A DNA stretch of 64,000 nt, taken from NCBI GenBank assembly GCA_002269645.1, contig NIVC01002956.1, positions 64,603-128,602 of the forward strand, read 5' to 3'. How positions within the stretch are numbered: position 1 is the stretch's first letter; each line of letters opens with the position of its first letter. This DNA is from Macrostomum lignano (taxonomy: Eukaryota). A program made the position numbers and the translations under genes. The notes below the pieces were generated by a model. The model saw only the letters and a program-made list of their open reading frames with translations, was not told the DNA's origin and made no database searches. Below, in pieces: positions 1 through 11,114 of this stretch.

Positions 1-109
1 TTCTAAAGTACCACAGAGTTTCTACATAGACTTCACTTATACTTATTGACTGCCTGCGCGTAGAGTTTGCACAGAGATTTTCTGTTTCAAGCAAATATAC
101 ATACATAGA

Positions 110-1785
110 TTCAGACGCCAGTTTCGACTCTGATACTTCGTCGAGTCAGTATTCCACCGCTGATGAAACTTTCGAATGGTCTGAGGACGATGAGATGGAC
201 ATCGCTGAGAACAACGAGCAAGCCGGTGGGTGGCACATGGTTCAACCGAATGAGGACAACAGGCCATCAGCCCTACCCGATTTTCTCGGAACACCTGGCA
301 TCCGACCAGACTGGCAGCCTCCACCAACTGCTGATGGAAACGAAATGCTTTCCTAAAGCTTTTTTTTCAGACCAGTTGTTCGAAGACCTCAGCAATTGGA
401 CTAATGCTAAGGCTTGGAGAATTTTCAAGAAGCCGAAACAGAGGCTGCACTGCCGAAGCAAGTGTTGAAATGGCGGGACTCAACGACGGATGAAGTTCGT
501 TAGTTGGAATCGTGCTTTTGATGGGTGTCGACAAGAAGCCGGAAATCGCCAACTACTGGTCAACCGATCCAGCGTTTCATTGCTCCCTTCTGGCCAAGCC
601 ATTCTCGCTCTCAAGAGACCGCTTCAAGCAGCTGCTGTCCTGCCTGCGTTTTTACAACTGCGCTGAGGCTTTAGGAGATGGCCCTCTGGCAAAGATGGAG
701 CCCTTTCTGCACAGCGTAAAGCATCTGTGCAGCAACAATTACATGCCACGGCAGTGACTGTCGGTTGATGAGACACTCGTTTTGTACAAGGGCAGAGTTG
801 CTTTTAAACAGTACATTCCAACAAAGAAAAGTAAATACGGAATTAAAATGTATTGTATCTGTGAGAGTGAGAGTGCGTACTTATGGAACTTCGTCGTCCA
901 CACATTCCCTGAGGTCAATAATCAGTTCGGTGAAGGCCTCGGGTGTCAGGACTTGACGATGAGTGAGAAGGTTGTTGCAGAACTGTGCCGCAGTTTGCTT
1001 AATCTTGGACACCACGTCTTGACCGACAGTTGGTTTAAGTCTCAGCGGCTGGCTACTTGGCTGTTGCAGCATGATACGCTGCTAACCGGAACAGTACGGA
1101 AAAACCGCGGTATCCCAGCTGAACTGCAAGCTGCCAACCTACATCCGAGTTCATCTGCATTCGCTCGCTCAGGGAACCTACTGGCTTGCAAATTTGTCGA
1201 CAGGAAGCAGAGCGGCATAAAAACTGTGTATCTGCTAGATACAGCAGGAAAAGCTTATTGCATCCAGGTCCATCGTACCCGTCGTGGAGGTGCCGTGCAG
1301 GTGGTGCCGAAGCCTGTAAGTGTGTTAGCATACTGTGCCAGCATGGGTGGTGTTGACCATCTGGACGCTTCAATGCACCCTTACCTAGCCAATCGTAAGA
1401 GCATGCGCTGGTTCCACAAGCTTGGGTTCCACCTTTTCCTGATGCTTGTGAGAAATGCCTGGGTCATCTTCAAGCAATCGGGCGGCACAAAGACCTTCTT
1501 GCAGTTTATAAGGCTCGCAGTCAAATATCTGTTGGAGGACACTGGTGTTGCCAGGCGACGCGGTCGAATGCCAGATGGAGCAGCTGCCGGTGCTGTAGCA
1601 ATGGAGCTGCTGCTCATTCTCCAAGCAAAGCTCCCAGACACAGGGACCAGGCTCGGCCACGCAAACGATGCCGAGTATGCTATGCGGCTGGCCAAGTGAA
1701 GAAGACAGTGTTTGTATGCGAAGCTTGCCCGGGAACGCCAGCACTCTGCCTTGGTGCTTGCTTCATGCAATTTCAAACCAATTAG
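110..1785 (+). pseudogene. piggyBac (PGBD4-like) transposase, disrupted by frameshifts and stops
   Basis: Pieces in different frames: acidic N-terminus; FFSDQLFEDLSNWTN; LSRDRFKQLLSCLRF; SVDETLVLYKGRVAFKQYIPTKKSKYGIK (D1); LTDSWFKS (D2); MGGVDHLD (D3); frameshifted Cys-rich tail PRKRCRVCYAAGQVKKTVFVCEACPGTPALCLGACF ending TAG 1783-1785. A splice-acceptor-like catacatag precedes position 110; the 5' end lies outside the window. Confidence 0.93.
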
Positions 1786-2519
1786 GTCTGACGCCTGGCG
1801 ATGTGTATTAGACAGTATAGAAAATATTGTAGTATCCACCCTTTCCGCAAATTTGCCTTTCTATTTTGACTTCATTTTGAATTGGTGCCACCACAGCCCC
1901 TGGTTACAGATAGTCCAGAAATTGTCCTGGTTACAGAAACTACTAATATGAGACGTAGGAATCAGAAAACAGTAGAAGAGGGTAGGGTCATGAGCACAGG
2001 GGTAGAGGTGAGGGAATTACAATAGGAAGGGGCGGATTCGCACAGTGATAACCGCAGGCGCAGAGACGGGGGAGGCAGGGGGTGTTAGAGATGGCGAGGA
2101 TTCGCAATCAATCCAGGGACCCGGTCTCTCAGCTCCTAGACCTCAGTCCTAGCACCAAGGCCCCTTGAAATAAAATAATATATTTGTTGCATTATCGTGG
2201 ATAGAAATTACATTATTCCGTATTAATTTGGAGTTATAATAAATTTAGATGCTTGTTGTTTTGTATTACCTGTTTCTTTCCAGTTTTCTAAAAGTTTTCT
2301 AAAATCAACTCTACAGAAAATGACGTGACAGCGTGACAATTGTGACAGCTTCCCTCCATTTTTGACCACTCCAGTTAAAAAAATGACCCCACTTCACTAT
2401 GTTCTAATATAATTTAAGTCGTTAACTTTTAAACAAAGAAAAATATATGAGTAATTGAAATTACTTTGTTTTGTTACAGTCTATCTTTTCTAAGTGCGTT
2501 TTCACTATCTTATTGGCCA

Positions 2520-2666
2520 CTACTTGACCCGATTTCGGGCCACATCAGTCCAGAACGGGTGTGCTAATTTTGCTGGTTTTTTGGCCATAGATATAAAAAA
2601 ATTCCCCGTTGGCTTTGGGTGTTGAGCCATGACCCGAATTTGGGCCATCCGTCAGCTCATGGTTAA
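2520..2666 (+). mobile_element. Right end of the piggyBac element: subterminal repeats plus TTAA target site
   Basis: Repeated TGACCCGA(T/A)TT(C/T)GGGCCA at ~2525 and ~2631, ending gtcagctcatgg followed by TTAA at 2663-2666. Confidence 0.7.
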
Positions 2667-2693
2667 TGGGATAGCGCATTTCATATTAGGGAC

Positions 2694-2792
2694 TATAACT
2701 AGTCTTTAGTTATACATTAATATACAATGTATTAATGTATAAATAATGTATTAATATACATTAAGTTTATAGGTTAATGTATATAAACTTAA
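2694..2792. other. Cluster of four consecutive AT-rich hairpins
   Basis: Stems: TATAACTA/TAGTTATA (2694-2714), TATACATTAATA/TATTAATGTATA (2711-2741), AATGTAT/ATACATT (2745-2762), TTAAGTTTATA/TATAAACTTAA (2761-2792). Confidence 0.85.
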
Positions 2793-2885
2793 GCTTCCCC
2801 CTTCTAGTAGAAGCAGAGCAGCAGTCTTTATGGTTAGATCGCAGAAGAATAGCGCATCGTCTCACACAGTTCCAGCAGCAGCATC

Positions 2886-5343
2886 GTGAGCATGTTCGAC
2901 GACGACGACGACGAGATAATGTTAAGTGTGGAAGAGCAGCTCGAGCTCGAAGAACAAGTTGCTGCTGAAGAGCGGCAGGCGGAGCAACTGCAGATGGAAG
3001 CTGCCGCTGCTGTTGCTACTTGTCATGAGGAGGAGTTGGAAGCTGCCGCTGCTGTTGCTACTTGTCATGAGAAGGAGTTGGAAACTGCCGCTGCTGTTAC
3101 TACTTTTCATGAGGAGCAGCAACCCAGTCGCCGGCGGATGCTATTAGAAGATGTCAGCACGCCGCAGACGAGCAGCGCAACGCCCTCTCGGCGCATCATA
3201 GCCAATGAGACGCCGGAACCAAGCCAGCAGCGCGGCTTGCTTAACAAGCTGCCGCGATTAATTGTCTACAGCAGCGGTAGCGACGACGAACAGCAGCAGC
3301 ATCCTGCTGACCACGTCGCCGGCTGCGGCGACCAGCCGCCGACTCTGCAGTTTATTCCGAAGGCGTCGCCCTCATTCCATACTACTGACTCTGCTGCCGC
3401 TGCTGCTCAAGCGTCACCGAAGCCGCACCTTCTACGGCAGCCTAGGATCGGCCCGTGCGGCATCGGCGCGCCCTGGCGCTTCACCACTCGCCCTGCTGCT
3501 CCTACTGCTGCCTTCCGATTCATGACGCCGACAGCCTCACCGAGACCTCGGTCGAGCCGCCCGCCGACGACGTTCTACCCGAGAGGTAGGTTACGTGCAT
3601 TTCGCGCTCACACTTTTGCTCATGCTACATTCTCTCATATTACAGTAGTATCATTTTCACATTGTTGTTTCCCGACGACACAGGAGCCACCGCCGCAGCC
3701 GTACCGCAGTCGAGTGCTACGCAGCGCGAGCGGGCTTTGGCCTCTGGCTACGAGCTGGCGGCCAGGGAGATGGAGGCGACAGCTAAATATAACCTCGCAG
3801 AGACGACCTGCCCGGCCGGCGAGATCCCACTGTTCCACGAAGAGGGGGAGGAACGGCAGCAGCAGCCGGCTAGCACCTCGCCGAAGGGAACGAGCTCGCG
3901 CCTTCTGGCATCGTCCGTGTCGCTGCATCCCAGCGACACCATACCAAACGACATAATGTTTTCGGCTAATGCGAGCCGGCGTTCGCATCGTGCAATGTCG
4001 GTGATTCAGCTGTACTACGTCAAGAACGCGCCCCAGATGAAGCTGATGATCAACGGCACCTGGAGCGGCGACTTCGCGACACAGTTTGCCATAGGTGAGT
4101 GAGTGAGTGTTTGCGTCGTTTCACAAGTGTCTGAAAAACTCATAACAATTATCTTCTACGTAGAACATGCGATTTTAAGAAACTCTTTAACCCATCCCCC
4201 AACGCCACCACAACAAACAACAACTACTACTACTGTATGTAATAAGGCCTGGCAGATAACGAATTTATGCTGACTCCCGCGCACATGACTGACGCGTACG
4301 CCCCGACTCCATCTTGCCCTGTGGACAAGACACGATCGCTGTTGATATTTTTGCGATCCAATGCCATGCACAATTCCTTCTTCGCGTCTGGCTCCAGCCT
4401 GCACACCTTTGCGGTGCAGGGATGGACATGCGCCGAGATCAGGAGCGTGCGCTCAGCAGCTGCCGAAATATGACGGGTGACCATGCACGACCCCACAGCC
4501 GCCATCACCGAAATCGACGACGCTTGTCTGTCCCGCGTTGTCCAACTGTACAGATGGGCTATGTCATATCCGCTGGGGAGTATGGCACCGCGACCAGACG
4601 ACCCCCATCTCGTCTGCGGTAATCCACTGCTTTTGAAGCAGACCATGGATTACTTTACAACGGTGCAACAGATGCGCAGAATTCGTGCCGAAGAGCACGG
4701 CGTGTCACTGCTCCCCAGCACCATTGTCTGGCCGAGTATGTGCGGGGCATGTCACCCTCTGCCTGTACAATGCATGCAGGTGCCTCCACGCGGCGACACA
4801 GCCGCTTCAAATACGGATCAGCCGGGGTGCAGCAATGTGGCAACACACCGCATCGCGCTAGGTGGAAGCTGCGCGATTCAGCAGGCAATCTGCACAGCGA
4901 TGCGGCAGACTGTAGTTGTGCCCTCAATCCTGTACCTATGGGGTGCCAGTGGAGTGGGCAAATCAGCAATGGTGGGCCTGCATTTTGGTCGTGAGACCGT
5001 ATTCACTCCGAACCTTGACGAGGGTTTTGCCTTCGACGGTCTGCGCCTGGGCATTCATAGGTGTCTGTTCTTTGATGAGCTAAGCGTCTCGCAGGCCTCC
5101 TCGCAGCAGCTGCTTCTGCTGCTCAATCGCGATAAATTTACCATCAACGCCAAGCACAAGGCCCTCATTCTGACTGAATGGAGCGGCCCGGTGATGCTCG
5201 CTGGCCATGTCCCTCCCGCCGATCTGCCCATAGACTTTGTCAGGCGGGTCAACTCCGGCGGCCAGTGTATTCACGTGAAGCACGACATATTCCGGTGCAC
5301 CGGCTGCCAGCTGCAGGATGATGCTCGCGCAGAGTCTGATTAG
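2886..5343 (+). CDS. Spliced gene encoding a C-terminal SF3 helicase of CRESS/parvovirus Rep type; one in-frame TGA (probable pseudogene)
   Basis: Exons 2886-3585, 3684-4094 and 4256-5343 with GT-AG introns, both phase 1 and frame-preserving. Walker A LYLWGASGVGKS, FDGL, Walker B CLFFDE, LLLLLNR...INAKH (B' region), motif C region PVMLAGH, Arg-finger FVRRV. In-frame TGA at 4471-4473. Confidence 0.8.
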
Positions 5344-5689
5344 AGCTTGATTAGCTGGATTGATGAACAACGGGGCAGATAAACGATGACGCACTGCTTT
5401 CCCTGCCCTTAAATATTCCCAAATCCCGATTCCCCTCCTAGCAATCAAGCCGGCCTTATATGCATTAGTAGTGGATTTTGTTGTTGTTGCTAGGCTGCTC
5501 ACATAGTGCAGGATGCGCCGTAGAACGCAGGTAAACACAAAGCTAGGTAATATTACTCGTGCGTCAGCAACGCAACAAAGTTCACATTTGGCCGTTCAAG
5601 TTCCAACAATTTCGTGTTACAGCTATTATACGAGCCACTGCAGGGACAGTAAAAATTCAACTATTCTGCAGCTTTATGTGCACCTTTTG

Positions 5690-6622
5690 CTGCTTTAGCA
5701 GGCGCGAGCATTAGAGCCTTAACGCTACTGTAACTAAGGATAAAGTGCCAGACAAAACATCGGAAAAGTGCTACATTCATTTTCATACATTTCCGTAAGG
5801 CGTGTTGGCACAGTAGCACTATCGCGAAATTGTGCTTAGCAACATTCCCATAAAAAGATAAATGGCACATCCAAGCCATGCAGAGGCGATTAGTAGCTGT
5901 AACAGTTATACTTTCCCTTTGTTTTTGTGTGTTTTTTAGTTATCGCTTTTAAAGGAAGGAATAGCACCAGTTCGTCTTGTTTCATACTTAAAGGGGTATT
6001 TTTGGGGCATTTCCATTCTCGTGGGTTTCTATATTGCAATATTGTTGTTGTCTGCAGTTTTGTTGTGGCTAATGTGCCGCGTATATACAATTTTACAGTC
6101 TCAATACCGGCGGTAGTAAGTATTAATCTCGTTGCAATTTTCGACACCCTCTTTTTGAAATATATGAAACAAGCAATCTACATCTCCTTTTGAAAACCAC
6201 CTTTTGGAACTACTAAACTGTATACTTTGAGTATCGATTCAATACTTCGTTGTAGACTCACTCAGCTAGCGTGCTGCTTTTAGGGGGGGGGGTTAACCAT
6301 AAACTATAGACCCCGGACCGTCCCTCTTCTCTACTTCGTTAGACACACTCAGTGTACTGTTTTAGTAGGGGGGGGGTTTAAACCATAGACTATGCATCGA
6401 TCGCAGACTCTAGACCCAGACCGTTCCCCTCCTCAACCACTGCAGTTCATTCTTAAAGAGGTCCAGCATTTCTGTACCCCGCCCGCTGCAAGCAACCAAC
6501 AACTCGTATAATCCACATAATTTCTGCGGCTTTAGCAGGCGCGAACATTAGAGCCTTTGACTTAACTTAACTTAACTTTAACTTAAGGATAAAGTGCCAC
6601 ATTCATATCCATACATTTCCGC
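5690..6622 (+). repeat. Dispersed ~100 bp duplication (5690-5797 and ~6525-6622); the second copy abuts ATG 6625
   Basis: Both copies read tttagcaggcgcgarcattagagcctt...aaggataaagtgcca...cattca...catacatttccg; the second has an internal deletion and a (CTTAA)n stretch. Confidence 0.8.
6243..6435 (+). repeat. Imperfect ~95 bp direct repeat with G-runs
   Basis: Two copies of tacttcgtt..agac.cactcag...tttag(G)n..aaccata.actat...agaccc.gaccgt.ccct. Confidence 0.7.
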
Positions 6623-6624
6623 AA

Positions 6625-6671
6625 ATGTTCAGCTTTCTGCGCCTCCTCTTTGGCGACGACGCCGCAGCTGA

Positions 6672-6715
<44 letters not shown>

Positions 6716-9700
6716 CGAAGATAAGCTGGGCGATGCGGGCGATCTGCTCTTCGCACGAGCGTCCTTTGCGGAAACCGGCTTGGACTTTGCTGAGAGTGCC
6801 CTTGGATTCCAGCAGGAAGTTCAGCCTTTGGTGCACCAGCCGTTCCGCGACCTTGGCAATGCAGCTGGTGAGGGCGACAGGGCGATACGAACCCGGGTCG
6901 TCAGCCGGTTTGCCGCGTTTCGGGATCGGAATGATAATCGCCCTGCGCCACTGGTGGGGGCAGTGTCCGCTGAGCCAGGCCTTGTTGATCAGGTCAAGTA
7001 GTCGCTGCTCGGTCCGTTCGGGGAGACGCTTGAGCATCTCGTTGGACACTCCGTCCGGGCCGGGGCTCTTCCTGGATTTCAGCGACCTCAGGGCCTGCTT
7101 AAGTTCCACGGCGGAGAAGGCGCCACAGATCTGTTGTTTGTGGTCGGGCTCGCAGCAGCGCGCTTTGATGGCGGCATAGGCGCATCTGTTGACCCCGCGG
7201 TCCGACCTCCTGCGCTCCACGCGAGACACGTCCGCGTACAGGGTGCAGAAGGCATCCGCTTTCTCCTTGTCCGTGACCGCAGTCCTCTGCCGGCGGTATC
7301 TGGTCTCATCGGCCGGGATGGCAAGGGCCGCGTTGGGGGGAGGCGGCGGGGGTTCGCCCCTCATCGCCCGGGCCAGACCGAAAAGGTCGCTGTTGACGGA
7401 CAACTCCGCGACTCGTTCGTCCCAGAAGCGGAGCTTCTCGGCCTTGATCGGGCTGGAAGAGACTCCCGCGCTTAGAGCGATCCTCTGTTTACTCGACTTC
7501 AGCAGAGCCTACGACAAGGTGTGGCGGAAGTCTCTGATCTGCAAGCTCGAGAAGCTGGGAGTCCCCGCCTGCGTCCTGCGCTGGATCAACAGCTTTCTCA
7601 GCGACAGGAGAGCGCGCGTCCGATTCGGCAATAGCCTCAGCAGAGAGCGCATCTTCCGGGAAGGCCTGCCCCAAGGCTCGGTGATCGCCCCTCTGCTTTG
7701 GCTGGTCTACGTCAACGACCTGCCAACTGCCATCGCGGAAGCATCGCCGGAAGCCGAGATCAGTCTGTATGCCGACGACTCGGCCATCCTGGCGCGCCAT
7801 ACGGACCTCGAAAGCTGCGGGCACATCGTGCAACCGGCTCTGGACTCCGTGGCCCGCTGGTGCGACCAGAACAAGGTCGTGCTCAGCACCGGGAAGTGCA
7901 GTTACAGCACTTTCACGCTGAGCCCCAACGAGAACCGCGGCAAGACCAGAGTCGAACTCAACATCGGCGGCAGCGAGCTTCGTTTCGAGCCCAACCCGGT
8001 CTTCCTCGGCGTCAAATTCGACGACCACCTCGGGTTCGCGGAGCACGCCAATGATACCCGCCGCCGCATGGCTGCCAGAAGACGCCCACTGCAGGCCATC
8101 GCACACCGGCAAACGGGTGCGACGCAGAGCATCCTCCGCACCGTTTACGTTGCCACTATCCGAGCTGTGGCGGACTACGGCAGCGGCGTATGGCTCGCGG
8201 GAGCGGCACCGAGCACCAGGCTCCTAGTCGAGCGCCAGCAGAACGCATGCGCGCGCCTGATTACTGGCTGCATATCCACGGCCCGCACTGAAAATCTCCT
8301 TAGCATCGCCGAGCTGCCGCCCCTCAGCCACGTGGCCATCGAACGCGCGTGCACGCTGAGGGAGCGGATGGCTCGCCTCCCGGACGGATCGCCATCGCAG
8401 AGCATCGCGACAGCGGTCAACACCCCGCGCCTCAAAAATCGCGCCTTCGAAGCCGCCAACCGGCCGAACCAGGCCGAGGGGGTCAATCAGCGCCTCCCGG
8501 ACAGGGACCTTGACGTCCGACGTCGCTTCCGCGGCTGCTGGAGGCGCGCGGCGCGGGAGCTAGAATGTTGCGAGGTACTGGACAGGACGCCCCGGGCCCA
8601 CCGACCCCTTGGCCCCCCACCGTGGGAAGTGGCCGAGGCCGGCCGCGTCCAGTTCGATGTCTCGCTCAGCAAGGTTATCAGCCGCGACATGCCGGCGGCC
8701 ATGAAAGCCAACATAGCCAGGCAAATCGTCGGCCCACTGGAGACCTCCGGACACGTCATCTGGACGGACGGATCCGCGGCTGGCGGTTTCACGAACGGAG
8801 GCGGTGCGGCGATCGCCCAGTGGCTTCCGGACAACGACGCCCGCCTCGTCGCGGCTGGCGCGCTCTGCAGCAGCTTTACCACAGAACTCTGCGCCATCAG
8901 GGAGGCCTTAGACATCGCCTACCACCCGGCGCCGCCCACGGGCGCTATAACTATCGCCACGGACAGCCTCAGCGCCATCCAGGCGCTCAGCGCCGGACCC
9001 CTGTGCCAGCAAAACTCAGTTGCCGCGGACTGCTGGAGTAAACTCCTCAACCTGATCGCCATGGACCGCCCTGTTCACTTCGCTTGGGTGCCATCCCACT
9101 GCGGGGTCGCCGGCAACGAGGCGGCCGACCGCGCCGCCGCCAACGCGGCCGGGCTCGACCAACAGGCGGTGCCGATCGAGCTTGACGCGGCAAGGGCAGC
9201 CGCTCGTCGCTCTCGCAGAAAGCTGGACGCCAGAATCCTGCCGCCGAGACTGCAGCCGCCGACGAGCCTCCCTAGACGTCTCCAGGTCCTGGTCAACCAG
9301 CTCCGGTCCGGCGCCAGCACCATCAACTTTAGCACCAGACACCGCCTGGGCTTGGAACAGTCCCCCGCCTGCCCCGATTGCGGCGCGGAGGACTCGGCTG
9401 AACATCTGCTCCTCCACTGCCCCCGCGGTGACCACTTCCGGAGAAGAAGCGGCCTGGCCCCGAGCGACCTGATGGGGTCCCCGGAGGCCATCGTCAGACT
9501 ATTACGCAGCATGGGGCGGCTCCCCTCGGGGTCCACGCCCCCCTCCAGATCGGCCTAGCCGGAACGGAGGCGCCCCGAAGAAGAAGAAGAAGAAGAAGAA
9601 GAAGCAGCAGCATCCACCAGCGAGCACGAGTCTGAAGCAGCTGCTCCACCAATCGCCGCCGCCGCTGAACAGGTATATTCGGCTAGTTTCTGTTGGCCAC

Positions 9701-10283
9701 CAATACCAGCTGCTGGCGTGCCTTGTAGCCAGCGTAACAGCCCGCTGATTTCGCCGCCGAACAGGTCGGCGGTAATAATGATTCCAACAACAGGTGAGCA
9801 CGCCTTTGCCTGGAAATAATTGTGCGTGCGTGCGTGTGCGGGACAATTTTATATTCGTGCGCTCTTTCCACGTATCAGAACCTATATATATTGTTTCCTC
9901 GTCTAATAAACTCAACAATAGGCAAAACAGCAGTGCCTGCTGCTACGGATGCTGCCTCCTCGGCTACAGCTGCTGCAGGTGCATCCGCCGCCAGCGCCGA
10001 TGCCAGCAACAGCAGCAGCAGCAGCAAGAAGCGAGTGTGTCCTGCAGATGGATGTTCCGTTATCATGCGAATGGATGCACTTAAACGCCACTTTACGGCG
10101 AAGCATGCTGCCTGGTGCCTGGCTCGCCCCGTGAGCGCCAATGTAAAGGACACGGCTGCCGGCTGGTCTACAAAGCAGCGCGTGGACTGGCACTGGCGCA
10201 GCCTGATCCTTAGAAGTGAGCAGACCATCAGCTCGAAGAAGCATGCAAGAACCGAAACGTATTGCGAGCAATGCGCGTTGTAG
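6625..10283 (+). CDS. Ala/Ser-rich C2H2-like zinc-finger gene interrupted by a LINE
   Basis: With the LINE removed, MFSFLRLLFGDDAAADP(A)nSTSEHESE... is open to donor CAG|GTGAGC at 9793/9794. Phase-1 acceptor at 9921/9922 joins GKTAVPAA...CPADGCSVIMRMDALKRHFTAKH...CEQCAL*. Confidence 0.6.
6714..9604 (+). mobile_element. 5'-truncated, 5'-inverted I-group (Nimb/Ingi-like) non-LTR retrotransposon: RT, RNase H, CCHC
   Basis: 6714-7449 on minus encodes the RT N-part (SPGPDG, SYRPVALTSC, QAGFRKGRSC...QLIFD). 7450-9558 on plus continues GLEETPALRAILCLLDFSRAYD, GLPQGS, YADD, RNase H (WTDGS, TDSLSA, WVPSHCGVAGNEAAD) and CPDCGAEDSAEHLLLHC. (GAA)n tail 9577-9604; TSD AGCAGCAGCATC at 6705-6716 and 9603-9614. 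Confidence 0.95.
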
Positions 10284-10445
10284 TGTGAGCATCTTTTACG
10301 ATAGCCTTGTATTCTATTAGTTAGGTTTTGCATTATTGTTATTGAATTATTATTTTGCTTTAGTTTAGTCATACGTTTTTGGTGTACTTTTTCCTTGTTA
10401 GTTAGAATCAATTTTGCGTAAACAGGCTAGACGTCAGACGCCATT

Positions 10446-11114
10446 TGTGACTCAGCGGAGGGTTGAGTTTGTCTGCGAACCCCAGCTTTGTGCGGCCAGC
10501 CAATCAGAACCGGCCTGGACCCTGGCACGCGGCAAGTTTCAATTCTACCCGGCGCCGCGGGCACAGTGCAATTCGGCTTAAGCAAGCGGCCGGCCAGACG
10601 ACCACCACCCGGCTTGAGGGGGTTTTGAGGGGTTGCGACTCTGACTATATATGAAAGTGTGTTTTGGCAATCGGATCTCGCCTTCTTCTCGCTCCCTTTC
10701 CCCGGTTTTGTCTTGTCCAGTTCCCGGCCGGTGGCCCGATTTCTCCTCTCTTGTTGGTTCGCGCTTTGAGGCGCCTGAATTCATCACCCCCGGTCCATAT
10801 TTTTTTGTTCCCGCCCAACCGCAGTAGTCTTGTGGCGTAACGTCTACGGCAAATTTCTGTCTGAAGTCGTCGCTATCAAGCGCGGTTAGATAGAGACTGT
10901 CGGATCTGATCAAGTACGCGGCCTCGACCCCGAGGGCCTCAGTGTTACACTGAAGGGCAGTGCCGATAGAATTTAGTCGGTACTCCGTTGAACGGTCGGT
11001 TCGGCAGGGCTCTCGTTTGAGTGTAGGTTCTGGCTTAGGCCAGGGGTTAGGAGTCTTCTCCGTGGTCGTGTTCGGTGCCTCCTTCTTCTTCTTCAAGCTG
11101 AGATCCGCTTGTCA
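10446..11114 (+). mobile_element. Solo-LTR-like insert
   Basis: Starts TG and ends CA, with imperfect terminal inverted repeats (TGTGACTCAGCGGA / TCCGCTTGTCA), CCAAT at ~10500 and a TATA-like CTATATAT at ~10645. No TSD was found, so boundaries are uncertain. Confidence 0.4.

Noticed and set aside
2643-2652. GGCCATCCGT matching one arm of the geminivirus origin stem
   Set aside because: It lies within the piggyBac terminal repeat and has no partner arm or nonamer loop.
110-5343. Teratorn-like piggyBac-virus fusion
   Set aside because: The piggyBac right terminus and TTAA (2663-2666) come before the helicase gene, and no matching TIR was found downstream; the TTAACCC at 19035 is a different sequence in left-end orientation.
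7489-9536. Many antisense or alternative-frame ORFs over the LINEs and GC-rich exons
   Set aside because: Shadow ORFs of GC-rich coding sequence.
9673-9710. Small intron in the zinc-finger gene (CAG|GTATAT)
   Set aside because: Splicing breaks the frame while read-through keeps it open.
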